NCBI GenBank assembly: GCA_963826115.1
Contig: CAWGVS010000004.1
Span: forward strand, 64,001 to 128,000
Source of the DNA: an uncultured Candidatus Rokubacteria bacterium
GTDB taxonomy: Bacteria > Methylomirabilota > Methylomirabilia > Rokubacteriales > DASRDR01
Length of the DNA: 64,000 bases
Reading direction: 5' to 3'
Part shown: one piece after another, positions 9,232 to 19,346 of the stretch
How positions within the stretch are numbered: position 1 is the first letter of the stretch
Layout: every line of letters begins with the position of its first letter
The notes under the pieces: generated by a model
What the model saw: the letters and a program-made list of their open reading frames with translations, nothing else
Database searches by the model: none
Told to the model about the DNA's origin: nothing
Translations under genes and position numbers: made by a program

Positions 9232-10665
9232 GTGGCCCTCGACTGGGTGGTCCGCGGCGGCACGGTCATCACGCCCCAGGGCGTCGGCCCGTGGGACGTC
9301 GGCATCCAGGGCGAGCGCATCGCGGTGCTGGCGCTTCCGGGCGCGCTGTCGACCGACGGGGCCCGCCTGCTCGACGCGACGGGCTGCATCGTCGCCCCCG
9401 GCGGCGTCGAGCCCCACACGCACCTGGCCCACGCGATCCGCACGCACCCCGACGATCCCGGCCTCACGCTCGGACCGGAGGACGACACGCGCGGCATGGC
9501 GTGCGGCGGCACGACCACGCACATCGACTTCGCCTTCGTGCGCCCGGGCACGGGGATCCAGGAGGCGATCGAGCAGCGCGCGGCCCGCTGGGTCGGGCGC
9601 TCCCACGTCGACTACAGCTTCCACGTCACGCTCTGCGGGGCGCTGCCCTTCGCCGCCTTCGACGAGATGCGGGAGGCGATCGAGGCCGGGTTCCCGAGCT
9701 TCAAGGTGTTCACGACCGACGTCCTGCCGCCGCACCCGAAGCGCCCGACGTTCCGCCTCGACTTCGGCCGGATCGAGCTCGCGATGACGCGCGCGGCCCG
9801 GCACGGCGGCCTGATGGTGGTGCACGCCGAGGACGACGAGCTGGTGCAGACTGCCTACGAGCGCTTCCGCGCCGAGGGCCGGCTGGACGGGACGAACATG
9901 CATCTCGTCCACACGAAGCTCTCGGAGCAGCTGGCGTTCGGCCGGACGATCGGTCTCGGGCGCGCGGTGGGCGCGGGCGTCTACTTCGTCCACACCTCGG
10001 CCCGGGAAGGCGTGGAGGCCGTCGAGGCGGCCAGGGCGCTCGGCGCGCCGGTCTACGCGGAGACGCTCCACCAGTACGCGTGCTTCGACGCCGAGCACTA
10101 CAAGACGCCGCGCGGATTCTGCGCGCACACGTATCCCTCGCTCAAGTTGCCGGAGGACCGGGAGGCGCTCTGGCGGGGCCTGGTCGAGGGGGCGGTCTCG
10201 ACGCTCGCGACCGACGAGTATCCCACCAGCCTCGCGCTGAAGCTTCGCGGGCGGACGATCGAGGACGTGACCGGGGGGAACCTCGGGGCGGAGGCGCGGC
10301 TGGGCATCGCGTTCACCGAGGGCGTCGTCAAGCGCGGCATGTCGCTCGAGCGGTTCGCGGCGATCACCGCGACCAACGCCGCGCGCGTGTTCGGCCTCCA
10401 CCCGCGGAAGGGCGTGATCGCGCCCGGCAGCGACGCCGACCTCGTCCTGATCGACCCCGCGATCCGGAAGACGCTCGCGAAGGACGACTTCCACGTGAGC
10501 GACTACAGCCCGTGGGAGGGCTGGGCGGTGTCGGGCTGGCCCGTCACCACGCTCCTCCGGGGCAAGGTCATCGCCGACCGAGGGCAGCTCCTCGGCGCGC
10601 TCGGAGACGGCCAGCTCGTCCCGCGCCGGATCGACCCGGTGATGCTCCGGCGCCCGGCATGCTGA
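9232..10665 (+). CDS. Dihydropyrimidinase/hydantoinase-like cyclic amidohydrolase
   Basis: PGGVEPHTH (HxH), GGTTT, SFKVF (carboxylated Lys), VHAED, VHTS, ATD, KGVIAPGSDADLV, SPWEG. Confidence 0.88.
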   Translation: MALDWVVRGGTVITPQGVGPWDVGIQGERIAVLALPGALSTDGARLLDATGCIVAPGGVEPHTHLAHAIRTHPDDPGLTLGPEDDTRGMACGGTTTHIDFAFVRPGTGIQEAIEQRAARWVGRSHVDYSFHVTLCGALPFAAFDEMREAIEAGFPSFKVFTTDVLPPHPKRPTFRLDFGRIELAMTRAARHGGLMVVHAEDDELVQTAYERFRAEGRLDGTNMHLVHTKLSEQLAFGRTIGLGRAVGAGVYFVHTSAREGVEAVEAARALGAPVYAETLHQYACFDAEHYKTPRGFCAHTYPSLKLPEDREALWRGLVEGAVSTLATDEYPTSLALKLRGRTIEDVTGGNLGAEARLGIAFTEGVVKRGMSLERFAAITATNAARVFGLHPRKGVIAPGSDADLVLIDPAIRKTLAKDDFHVSDYSPWEGWAVSGWPVTTLLRGKVIADRGQLLGALGDGQLVPRRIDPVMLRRPAC

Positions 10666-10668
10666 CGC

Positions 10669-10701
10669 GCCGGCGGCGCCGCTAGGACCGGCGCCGCCGG
10701 C
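10669..10701. terminator. 13-bp GC hairpin downstream of the amidohydrolase
   Basis: GCCGGCGGCGCCG-ctaggac-CGGCGCCGCCGGC, 3 nt after the stop at 10665. Confidence 0.5.
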
Positions 10702-10912
10702 GGCTCCGAGGGCCCGGCGGGCGCCCCACCCTCCGGCGGCCTGTGTCCGCTGTCTTGACTGCCATAGTTTCCCCGACACCGTCCTCCGCGCGACAGTGCG
10801 TCGTCTGGGTCGACCGCGAACGTTCACCAATGGACAGAACTAATCCCGAGAACGGGGGCGCACGCATGTAGCACATGTAGAAGGTCAAGCACGCTCGTCC
10901 CGTTCAACGTAA

Positions 10913-10936
10913 GATGAGGGCATTGATGAGGGCATT
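10913..10936. repeat. Tandem 12-bp direct repeat (GATGAGGGCATT x2) in a long, lower-GC intergenic region
   Basis: Seen directly. CATGTAG is also repeated at 10865-10871 and 10874-10880. Confidence 0.8.
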
Positions 10937-11285
10937 GAGGTCCGAGCGAGGGTCGTTGCCCGCCTGAGGTGTGTCGGTGCCAAAGCCACTTCCCCTTGAC
11001 GCCAACCTTGGTTGCACCGTGCGCATCGTTGATCGCGCTTGATGCCGAGCCGACCTGTCGTGCCCTCGACGGTCCCGGACCGAGTGGCAGAGCGTACGGG
11101 AACGACTCGCCGTCGTGACGACGGGACCGCGCGAGTGTGACTAGACTTCACGCACGCCGCCGGCGAGGGATGGCGGCCGCGAGGCCATTGCGCGATACGC
11201 CACTCGGTGGCGTGAGCGCGATGCGCTCGATCCGGCGAATCCAGCCCACTCCCGGTGGCGCGATCGAGCCGGACTCCCTCACACG

Positions 11286-13031
11286 ATGATCAGGTTCGGC
11301 AAGCGACGCCCGAGTAACGCCGTGCACGCCCGGCACGTCCTGCGCGCGGCCCTGGCCAAGCTGCCTCAGCACGTCCAGCTCGAGGTCGCGGCCACTCTGC
11401 GCGACCACGAGGGACCGGCCCCCGGAGCGGCGGTGGCCGAGAGCCCGCCCTACGTGTTCGTCGTGCGGTTCGGAAAAACCCGGACGTTCAATGCGATCCG
11501 GCAGATGGCGTCGGCGCGCCCGGACCTCCTGGGCGTGACCTTCGAGCGGCGCTGGATCGGCGAGCGACGCCGTCAGCAGCGCTCCGGACAGGTCGACGGA
11601 CGGAAGGCCCAGCGTCGAAGCCCGGACCTCGACCAGGATTGGGTCCGCCTGGGCTTCGTGCTCTCGACCATGGTCGGCATGCCGGTCGACGGCTTCCTGA
11701 CGCCGGCCGCCGTCGGGCGGACATCGGACGAGACGCGTCGGAGCGGGCCTAGCGAGGACGCGGGTGCGGCGTCCTGGAGCCGCGTGGATCAGGGCGCCCC
11801 GCGATCCCGGCCGTCGCGGGCTCGCCGCGCGATCGCCGCGGCCATCGCGGCGCTCATCCTGCTGCCGGCCCTGTGGTGGCTTCGCGGGGCGCCGTGGCCG
11901 TCGGATCGAGTGGCGGCGCTCTTTTCGGATGTCCGACAGCGGGCTGCCCGGGAACCAGTCGGGTCGCCGGTGCCCAAGATGTTGACGGCGCCGACCCTCG
12001 TGCGGCATCAGGCGGGACCCAGCCCCGAGGGGGCCCAATCCGGCAATCGCTCGGCCGCGCCGCCGGGTCTGCCGCTCGTGGCGCTGGCCGCGCGGCCCGG
12101 ATCGGGGGCATCGGAAGCGCCCGCGTCACCCGCGGGCGTGAGCCGGGGGCGCTCCGTGGTCACGTCGCCGCCGGGCGCCCCGAAGGAGCAGTTGGGGTCG
12201 CCGGCCCTGGAGGTCCCCGCCCCCCCACCGAAGCCGGAGCTGCCTCGGCACACATCGTCGCAGGACTCGAGTCTCCCGGAGGGTTCGCATGTGCCGTCGG
12301 GCGCGTCGCCGGGACTCGCGTCGAGCGACCTCGCACCCTCCGATCCGGGCGCAGGGACGACCGTCACCGCGGGGCTCGGGCCGGTGCCGGGCGGGACCCG
12401 GGGACGTCGGCCGGAGTCCGCCGCGCCCGCGATGGTTCGGATCCTCGCCGCCCCGGGACAGGCCAGCCGCCCGGCGTCCGCGACGAGCGGGCCGCCCGCC
12501 GCGCCGCGTGGCCTCGGCTTCCTCGTCGACGGGCGAGGGTACGTGCTCACGCACGTGGACGTGATCCGTGACGGAAGGGGCCTGGAGGTCGAGCTGGCGG
12601 ACGGACGGACCTTCCTGGTGAAGCAGGTGTGGCGGGATTCGGTGGCCGGTATCGCCGTCCTGTGGATCGACGGGCGCGACCTGCCCGCGCTCGCGCTGGG
12701 CGAGTCGACCGGGCTCCGCGTCGGTGACGCGACGGCCCTCGTCGGATGGCCGACCCCGTCCGCGTCCCCGGCGGTCAGCGCCACGATCCGCGCCACCGGC
12801 TCCTTGACGGGCGGCAACCTCGCGATCGATGCGCTGATCCCGCCGGCGGCCGTCGGCGGCCCCCTGATCAACGCTCGCGGCCAGGTCGTGGGCATCGCGT
12901 CCGCGGACGCCCGCTTCATGGACGGCGGCTCCCTCGGCACTGCCGTGCCGATCGACCGCGCGAAGTCCGTGCTCCGCCAGGCGCAGGCCTCCGCACCGGC
13001 TCGATCCCCCACGCTCCTGACCGGCCGGTAG
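11286..13031 (+). CDS. Membrane-anchored HtrA/trypsin-like (S1C) pseudoprotease with an N-terminal Arg-rich ERR-motif domain
   Basis: C-terminal [18 protein letters not shown]...[13 protein letters not shown]...VGWP...[14 protein letters not shown]...AVPID is an S1C fold. [19 protein letters not shown] and a Pro/Ser-rich linker precede it. Confidence 0.75.
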   Translation: MIRFGKRRPSNAVHARHVLRAALAKLPQHVQLEVAATLRDHEGPAPGAAVAESPPYVFVVRFGKTRTFNAIRQMASARPDLLGVTFERRWIGERRRQQRSGQVDGRKAQRRSPDLDQDWVRLGFVLSTMVGMPVDGFLTPAAVGRTSDETRRSGPSEDAGAASWSRVDQGAPRSRPSRARRAIAAAIAALILLPALWWLRGAPWPSDRVAALFSDVRQRAAREPVGSPVPKMLTAPTLVRHQAGPSPEGAQSGNRSAAPPGLPLVALAARPGSGASEAPASPAGVSRGRSVVTSPPGAPKEQLGSPALEVPAPPPKPELPRHTSSQDSSLPEGSHVPSGASPGLASSDLAPSDPGAGTTVTAGLGPVPGGTRGRRPESAAPAMVRILAAPGQASRPASATSGPPAAPRGLGFLVDGRGYVLTHVDVIRDGRGLEVELADGRTFLVKQVWRDSVAGIAVLWIDGRDLPALALGESTGLRVGDATALVGWPTPSASPAVSATIRATGSLTGGNLAIDALIPPAAVGGPLINARGQVVGIASADARFMDGGSLGTAVPIDRAKSVLRQAQASAPARSPTLLTGR

Positions 13032-13086
13032 CCGGCGTCTCCCAGGGCGCGCCGGGACCCGGTCGCGCCTTCGCGCGCGCTCAGAC

Positions 13087-14316
13087 CTAGGGCGCCGGTC
13101 CGCGGGCGGCGGTCCGCCAGGGCCGGGCCGCCGCGGCGAGCAGGAGCAGGAGCCCGATCCCGAGGCTGCCGTTGAGCAGGAACGCCGTCGACACGCCGTG
13201 GCGCTCGGAGGTCGCTCCCACCAGGAACGAGCCGAACGGGAACACGCCGCCGTAGACCCAGGTGTAGAGGCTCATGACGCGCCCGCGGAGCTCGTCCGGC
13301 GAGCCCAGCTGGATGGCGGTGTTGGCGCCCGTCACCGTGATGATGCCCGCGAAGCCCGTGACGAACAGCAGCGGCACGGCCGCCCACGGATGGTGGACGG
13401 TCGAGAGCCCGAGCAGCCCCGCGCACGCCACGGCCGCGGTCCCGAACAGGAGCCCGAGGCTCGGCTCCGGGCTGGCGCGCGCGCCGAGGGCGAGGGCCCC
13501 CGCGACGGCGCCGACCCCGAGCGCGGCCATGAGGAAGCCGAATCCCTCCGGCCCGAGGTGGAGCACCGTCCGCGCCAGCAGCGGGACGTAGACGGTGAAG
13601 TTGAACACGCACAAGCTCACCACGAAGAGCACGCCCAGCACGGCGCGCATCCGCGGCGTCCGGAGGACGTGGCGCACCCCCTCGGCGATGTCGCGCCGGA
13701 CGGACGCGCCGGTCGGCCGTCGCGCGGCCCCGTGGTCGGGCAGCCGGAGCAGGGTCGTCAGCACGACCGCGAACCCGAGGCCGTTCAGGACGAAGGCCGG
13801 GACCACGCCGAGCCGGGCGATCAGGAGCCCGGCAACCGCCGGGCCCACGATCCGCGCCCCGTTGAACGAGGCCGAGTTGAGCGCGACCGCGTTCACCAGA
13901 TCCCGCCGCCCCACGAGGTTCATCACGAAGGCCTGGCGCACGGGCGCGTCCAGCGTGTTGGCGAGGCCCGTGACGAGACCGAGCACCGCGACCTGCCAGT
14001 AGCGGGCCCGTCCCGTCGCCACCAGGAGCGCGAGGGCCCACGCCTGGCAGGCGAGCGTCGCCTGGGTGGCGATGAGGAGCCGCCGCCCCGACCAGCGGTC
14101 GGCAATCACGCCGGCGAGCGGGGACAGCAGGAGGATCGGCCCGAACTGCAGCGTGCCGAGGAGCCCCAGCTTGAACGGCGAGTCGGTGAGCTGGAGCACG
14201 AGCCACGCCTGGGACACCGTCTGCATCCACGTGCCCACCAGCGCGACCATCTGGGCGAGGAAGAAGACGCGGAACGGCCGGTGCTCGAGCGCGCGAAGCC
14301 CGTGAGGGAACGCCAT
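13087..14316 (-). CDS. MFS transporter (MFS_3 / H+ antiporter-like)
   Basis: [57 protein letters not shown]; 12 TMs. Confidence 0.92.
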   Translation of the reverse strand: MAFPHGLRALEHRPFRVFFLAQMVALVGTWMQTVSQAWLVLQLTDSPFKLGLLGTLQFGPILLLSPLAGVIADRWSGRRLLIATQATLACQAWALALLVATGRARYWQVAVLGLVTGLANTLDAPVRQAFVMNLVGRRDLVNAVALNSASFNGARIVGPAVAGLLIARLGVVPAFVLNGLGFAVVLTTLLRLPDHGAARRPTGASVRRDIAEGVRHVLRTPRMRAVLGVLFVVSLCVFNFTVYVPLLARTVLHLGPEGFGFLMAALGVGAVAGALALGARASPEPSLGLLFGTAAVACAGLLGLSTVHHPWAAVPLLFVTGFAGIITVTGANTAIQLGSPDELRGRVMSLYTWVYGGVFPFGSFLVGATSERHGVSTAFLLNGSLGIGLLLLLAAAARPWRTAARGPAP

Positions 14317-14370
14317 GACCCGCGCCAGTGTACCGCCGCGGCCCGGGGGATTGGCCCGCGGCGCCGGCCA

Positions 14371-14390
14371 TATAATGGCGGCTGGGAGGA
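14371..14390 (+). promoter_or_regulatory. -10 box and RBS of pcaF
   Basis: Perfect TATAAT at 14371-14376, GGAGGA at 14385-14390, ATG 14398. A divergent TACACT (14332-14327) precedes the MFS. Confidence 0.6.
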
Positions 14391-14397
14391 CCCGACC

Positions 14398-15597
14398 ATG
14401 CCGGATGCCTTCATCTGCGACGCGGCCCGCACCCCCATCGGCCGCTACGGCGGCGCGCTCGCGACGGTCCGCGCCGACGACCTGGCGGCGATCCCGCTGC
14501 GGGCCCTGATGGCGCGCCACTCGCGGGTCGACTGGGGCCGCGTGGACGACGTGATCCTCGGCTGCGCGAACCAGGCGGGCGAGGACAACCGGAACGTGGC
14601 CCGCATGGCGGCGCTCCTCGCCGGCCTCCCGGTCGAGGTCTCCGGCGCGACGGTCAACCGCCTGTGCGGGTCGGGCCTGGACGCGGTGGCCACGGCGGCC
14701 CGCCTGATCCGGGCGGGCGAGGCCGACCTGATCGTCGCGGGCGGCGTCGAGAGCATGTCGCGGGCGCCGTTCGTCATGGGGAAGGCCGACGCGCCGTTCG
14801 CGCGCGACGCCCGCCTCTACGACACGACCATCGGCTGGCGGTTCGTCAACCCGCGGATGCACGAGCTCTTCGGCACCGACGCGATGGGGGAGACGGCCGA
14901 GAACGTCGCCGAGGAGTGGAAGGTCGAGCGCGTCGACCAGGACGCGTTCGCGCTCCGCAGCCAGCTCCGAGCCCGCGCCGCCCAGAAGAGCGGGCGCCTC
15001 GCGCAGGAGATCGTCCCGGTCGGGGCGTCCCGCGGCAAGGAGACCGTCCAGGTGACGGAGGACGAGCATCCGCGCGACACGACGTTCGAGGCGCTGGCCC
15101 GGCTGAAGCCCGCCTTCCGGGCCGGTGGCACGGTGACGGCCGGGAACGCCTCCGGCGTGAACGACGGCGCCTGCGCGCTCCTCGTCGCCTCCGAGCGCGC
15201 GGCGGCCGCCTACGGGCTCACGCCCCGCGCGCGCGTCGTGGCGGGCGCCACCGCCGGCGTGCCACCCCGGGTCATGGGGATCGGCCCCGTGCCGGCGACC
15301 CGGAAGCTCCTGGCCCGCACGGGGCTCGACGTCGGTCGGATCGACGTCGTGGAGCTCAACGAGGCCTTCGCGGCCCAGGCGCTGGCCGTCCTCCGCGACC
15401 TCGGGCTTCCCGACGACGCGGCGCACGTGAACCCGAACGGCGGCGCCATCGCGCTGGGCCACCCGCTCGGGATGAGTGGCGCCCGGCTTGCCACGACCGC
15501 GACCTACGAGCTACAGGCGCGAGGCGGGCGCTACGCCCTCTGCACGATGTGCATCGGCGTCGGCCAGGGGATCGCGGTGCTGCTGGAGCGCGCGTAG
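14398..15597 (+). CDS. pcaF: 3-oxoadipyl-CoA thiolase (PcaF/PaaJ type)
   Basis: [23 protein letters not shown] (catalytic Cys), [27 protein letters not shown]. Confidence 0.9.
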   Translation: MPDAFICDAARTPIGRYGGALATVRADDLAAIPLRALMARHSRVDWGRVDDVILGCANQAGEDNRNVARMAALLAGLPVEVSGATVNRLCGSGLDAVATAARLIRAGEADLIVAGGVESMSRAPFVMGKADAPFARDARLYDTTIGWRFVNPRMHELFGTDAMGETAENVAEEWKVERVDQDAFALRSQLRARAAQKSGRLAQEIVPVGASRGKETVQVTEDEHPRDTTFEALARLKPAFRAGGTVTAGNASGVNDGACALLVASERAAAAYGLTPRARVVAGATAGVPPRVMGIGPVPATRKLLARTGLDVGRIDVVELNEAFAAQALAVLRDLGLPDDAAHVNPNGGAIALGHPLGMSGARLATTATYELQARGGRYALCTMCIGVGQGIAVLLERA

Positions 15598-15605
15598 GGG
15601 GAGCC

Positions 15606-15977
15606 ATGACCACCGTCAACGTCCGCTACATGGTCGACGACGTCGACGCCGCGATCGCCTTCTACACGACCCATCTCGGTTTCACGCTCCTCACCCGGCA
15701 GGCGCCGGCCTTCGCCGACGTCAAGCGAGGAGACCTCCGGCTCTTGCTCAGCGGGCGGACCAGCTCGGCGGGCCGACCCATGCCCGACGGCCGGCAGCCA
15801 GTGCCGGGCGGCTGGAACCGGATCCACCTGATCGTGGACGACATCGTGGCGGAGGTAGATCGGCTGCGGGCCGCGGGGGTGACGTTCCGCAACGACGTCG
15901 TGCGGGGGCCCGGCGGCGCCCAGGTCCTGATCGACGACCCGTCGGGAAACCCCATCGAGCTCTTCCAGCCGCGCTGA
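15606..15977 (+). CDS. VOC/glyoxalase family protein
   Basis: VRYMVDDVDAAIAFY...GGWNRIHLIVDD...DDPSGNPIELFQP; RBS GGGGAG. Confidence 0.9.
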   Translation: MTTVNVRYMVDDVDAAIAFYTTHLGFTLLTRQAPAFADVKRGDLRLLLSGRTSSAGRPMPDGRQPVPGGWNRIHLIVDDIVAEVDRLRAAGVTFRNDVVRGPGGAQVLIDDPSGNPIELFQPR

Positions 15978-16011
15978 CCCCGCCCGGCCGGTCCGCGTCG
16001 GGCCGGGTTCG

Positions 16012-16842
16012 CTACGCGCCGAGGAAGGTCCCGAGGCGCCGGACGAACGCGTCCCGCTCCTCGGTCTGCGGCGAGTGGCCGCTCTGCTCGAAGATCACGA
16101 GCTCCGAGTGCGGGATGAGCCCGTGGATCTCCTCGGCCTGATCGACCGGGCAGATCCAGTCGTGGCGCCCCACCATGACGAGGGTCGGGCAGCGGATCGC
16201 CGCCAGCTCGGCGCGACAGTCGTACGTCCGGTACTCGTGCTCGATGACGAACTTCCGCACGGCGATCCGGTAACGGGTGTCGGCGCGGGCCGCGTTCGCC
16301 GCCGCGGCCAGCGTCTTGTCGTGGAAATAGAGCGGCCGGATCGTCTCGAAGGCGCGCCGGAAGCTCTGGTCGTCCGGGAGCGAGCCGTCCCAGAGCGACC
16401 GGTACGCGGCCCACTGCTCCGGCGTGGCCTGGCGGCGCGCGTTGGCCTCCGCGCGCGGCATGAACTCGTGGCTCGCCGCCGCTCCGACGACGGCCAGACG
16501 GCGCATCGAGCCCGGATGGCGCGCGGCGTACATGAGACCGAGGTACCCGCCCCAGCTGATGCCGAGCACGTCGACCGGACCGAGCCCGAGGGCGCGCCGC
16601 ACGCCCTCCACGTCCTCGACCAGCTGGTCCTGCGTGCACTGCTCGACGGGCACCCACTCCGAGCGGCCGTGCCCGCGGTGATCCCAGAAGACCATGCGGC
16701 GGCCGAGCGAGCCCGCGAGCGGCCCGAGCGAGCGCACGAGCCCGCCGGAGTCCGTGCCGGGCCCGCCGTGGGGGACGAGGCACGGCGCCCCGTCCCCCAC
16801 GACCTCCGCGTGGAGGGTGGTTCCGTTGACCCGGAGCTCCAC
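16012..16842 (-). CDS. Alpha/beta hydrolase, proline iminopeptidase-like
   Basis: HGGPG, DHRGHGRS, nucleophile elbow GISWGG, GRHD, SGH. Confidence 0.88.
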   Translation of the reverse strand: MELRVNGTTLHAEVVGDGAPCLVPHGGPGTDSGGLVRSLGPLAGSLGRRMVFWDHRGHGRSEWVPVEQCTQDQLVEDVEGVRRALGLGPVDVLGISWGGYLGLMYAARHPGSMRRLAVVGAAASHEFMPRAEANARRQATPEQWAAYRSLWDGSLPDDQSFRRAFETIRPLYFHDKTLAAAANAARADTRYRIAVRKFVIEHEYRTYDCRAELAAIRCPTLVMVGRHDWICPVDQAEEIHGLIPHSELVIFEQSGHSPQTEERDAFVRRLGTFLGA

Positions 16843-16850
16843 GCCGTCTT

Positions 16851-18497
16851 CTACCGGCCGGTCAGCTTCACCGCCTTCATCGACTGGTAGATCCCGCCGT
16901 ACGCCGGGATCGGCACGAACCCGTCATACGACGTGCGCGTGACGTAGACCTGCTGGGGGAAGTAGAGGAAGACGTACGGCGCGTCCTCCATGAGGATCTT
17001 CGAGAACTCGGCGTAGTGCTTCTTCCGCTCGCCCTGGTCGGCGGCACGCCGCGCGGCCTCGAGCTCGGCATCGGCCCGCGCGCTCTTGTAGTGCGCGAAG
17101 TTCCGGGCCTTCCACTGGCCCGAGTGCCAGATCGAGTAGGCGAACGGATCGGGGTCGTGGAAGTTCGTCCAGCCGACCACGATGCCCTCGAAGTCGGACG
17201 CGAAGAGCTTCTTGACGAAGGTCGGCCAGTCGAGCGGCTCGATCGACGCCTCCACGCCCACCTTCTTCAGGAACTCCTGGATGATGATCGCCGTGTCCTT
17301 GACCGTCTGGTCCGCTTGGTCGTGCCGGAGAGAGAACGCCAGGCGCTTGCCGTCCTTGGCCAGGATCCCGTCCGGGCCGGGCTTCCAGCCGGCCTCGGCG
17401 AGGAGCGCCTTGGCCCGGTTCGGATCGTAGGGGTAGGGCTTGACCGCCGGATCGAACGCCCAGCTGCCCGGCGGGAACTGCCCGTTCGAGATGGCGCCGT
17501 AGCCCTGGAGCACCTCGCGGACGATCGCCGGGACGTCGATCGCGTGATAGAGGGCGCGCCGGACGCGGACGTCGTCGAACGGCGCGACGTCCTGGCGGAA
17601 TCCGAAGTACGTGTACGAGGTGTTGTCGGCGCTGAGCACCTTGAACCCGGGCGTTTGCTTGAGGCGGCCCACCTCGGTCAGCGGCGGCCGCTCGATGAAG
17701 TCGACGCCGCCGGCGCGGAGCTCCTGGAGGAGCACGACCGTGTCCGGGATCACCCGGTAGATCAGGCGGTCGAGGGCGGGCCGCCCGGCATGGTAGTCGG
17801 GATTGGCCTCGAGGACGATCCGCTCCCCGCGCTTCCACTCGACGAACTTGAACGGACCGGTCCCGATCGGCTTCCGGTTGTACTCGGCCGTGTTGAGGTC
17901 GACGCCCTTCAGGAGATGCTCGGGGATGATGCCGGCGCGCGGTAGGACCAGGACGGCGAGGAAGGCGCCGTACGGGTAGCGGAGCCGGAAACGGATCGTG
18001 TGGTCGTCGAGGACCTCGATCGGCTTCTGGGCGAGCTCCTCGGGCTTCTTCGGGTTGTCCTTGTTCGTCAGCTCCGGGAAGCCGACCAGCGCGTCGAAGT
18101 AGCCGCGATGGGGGGTCGTGACCTTGGGGTCGAGCACGGAGTAGAAGGTGAACGCCACGTCCCGCGCGGTGAAGGGCTTGCCGTCGTGCCACTTGACGCC
18201 CTTCTTGAGCTTGAACGTGTACGTGAGCCCGTCCCGCGAGACCTCCCACGACTCCGCCAGGAGGGGTTTCACGCCGAGCTTCTCGTCGAGCTCGACCAGG
18301 CTGTCGAAGATCGGCCACTCCGCGATGTAGGATTGCCCGTCCGTCGCGATCACGGGGTTGAGACTGGTCGCGTCGCCCAGGTAGCCGATCACGAAGTCCT
18401 TCCCGGCGGCGGCGGCGTCCGGCGGGGCGCCGAGCCCCCCCAGCCCCAAGGTCAGCGCGAGGGACAGGAGCAGCGAAACCGCGATCCGGTGACCCAT
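16851..18497 (-). CDS. Peptide ABC transporter substrate-binding protein (family 5, Dpp/Opp/App)
   Basis: Signal peptide, LAESWEVSRDGLTYTFKLKKGVKWHDG, PIGTGPFKF, VRRALYHAID; RBS AAGGAGGAG. Confidence 0.95.
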   Translation of the reverse strand: MGHRIAVSLLLSLALTLGLGGLGAPPDAAAAGKDFVIGYLGDATSLNPVIATDGQSYIAEWPIFDSLVELDEKLGVKPLLAESWEVSRDGLTYTFKLKKGVKWHDGKPFTARDVAFTFYSVLDPKVTTPHRGYFDALVGFPELTNKDNPKKPEELAQKPIEVLDDHTIRFRLRYPYGAFLAVLVLPRAGIIPEHLLKGVDLNTAEYNRKPIGTGPFKFVEWKRGERIVLEANPDYHAGRPALDRLIYRVIPDTVVLLQELRAGGVDFIERPPLTEVGRLKQTPGFKVLSADNTSYTYFGFRQDVAPFDDVRVRRALYHAIDVPAIVREVLQGYGAISNGQFPPGSWAFDPAVKPYPYDPNRAKALLAEAGWKPGPDGILAKDGKRLAFSLRHDQADQTVKDTAIIIQEFLKKVGVEASIEPLDWPTFVKKLFASDFEGIVVGWTNFHDPDPFAYSIWHSGQWKARNFAHYKSARADAELEAARRAADQGERKKHYAEFSKILMEDAPYVFLYFPQQVYVTRTSYDGFVPIPAYGGIYQSMKAVKLTGR

Positions 18498-18509
18498 GGA
18501 ATCTCCTCC

Positions 18510-19346
18510 TTAGCGGGAGCCCGAGCGGAGCGCCGGGTCGAGCGCGTCGCGCAACCCGTCGCCGAAGAGGTTGAACCCGAGGACGGTGGCGAAGATCGCG
18601 AGGCCCGGGAAGGTCGAGACCCACCAGGCCGAGGCGAGGAACTGCCGGCCCTCCACGACCATGTTCCCCCAGCTCGGGGTCGGCGGCTGGACCCCGAGGC
18701 CGAGGTAGGAGAGGCCGGACTCGATCAGGATGGTCTGCCCGAGGAGCAGGGTCCCCTGGACGATGATGGCGGGGACAGCGTTGACCAGCACGTGCCGCGC
18801 GAGGATCCGGCCGTGGCTCGCGCCCAGCGCGCGGGCGGCCTCGACGAAGTCCCGGGCGCGGAGGGTGAGGCATTCGCCGCGGACGATGCGCGCGACGGGC
18901 GCCCAGGTCACGAGGCCCACGACCAGCGCGGTGTTGAGGAGGCTCGCGCCGAAGAGGGCGACCACGACCAGGATGAGGAACAGCGCCGGCACCGACATGA
19001 ACACGTCGGCCACGCGCATGATCGCCGTATCGACCGCGCCGCCGAAGTAGCCGGCCGTGCCGCCGACCGCCGTGCCGCCGAGGATGGCGAGTCCCGTCGC
19101 CAGGAACCCGATCTCGAGCGAGACGCGGGCGCCCCACACCACCCGGCTCAGGATGTCGCGGCCGAACCCGTCCGTGCCGAGCCAGTGGGCCGTGGTCGGC
19201 GGCTTCAGACGCTGGAGGAGCGACTGGCTCGAGTAGCTGTAGGGCGCCACCGCCGGGGCGAGCAGGCCGGCGATCAGCATCGCGGCGACGACGATCCCGC
19301 CGAGGAGCCCGCGCCGGTTCCGGACGAGGCGCCCGAGCCCGCTCAC
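18510..19346 (-). CDS. Peptide ABC transporter permease (DppC/OppC-like)
   Basis: HWLGTDGFGRD, EAA motif FVEAARALGAS, ESGLSYLGLG, PTPSWG, GDGLRDALDP. Confidence 0.95.
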   Translation of the reverse strand: MSGLGRLVRNRRGLLGGIVVAAMLIAGLLAPAVAPYSYSSQSLLQRLKPPTTAHWLGTDGFGRDILSRVVWGARVSLEIGFLATGLAILGGTAVGGTAGYFGGAVDTAIMRVADVFMSVPALFLILVVVALFGASLLNTALVVGLVTWAPVARIVRGECLTLRARDFVEAARALGASHGRILARHVLVNAVPAIIVQGTLLLGQTILIESGLSYLGLGVQPPTPSWGNMVVEGRQFLASAWWVSTFPGLAIFATVLGFNLFGDGLRDALDPALRSGSR

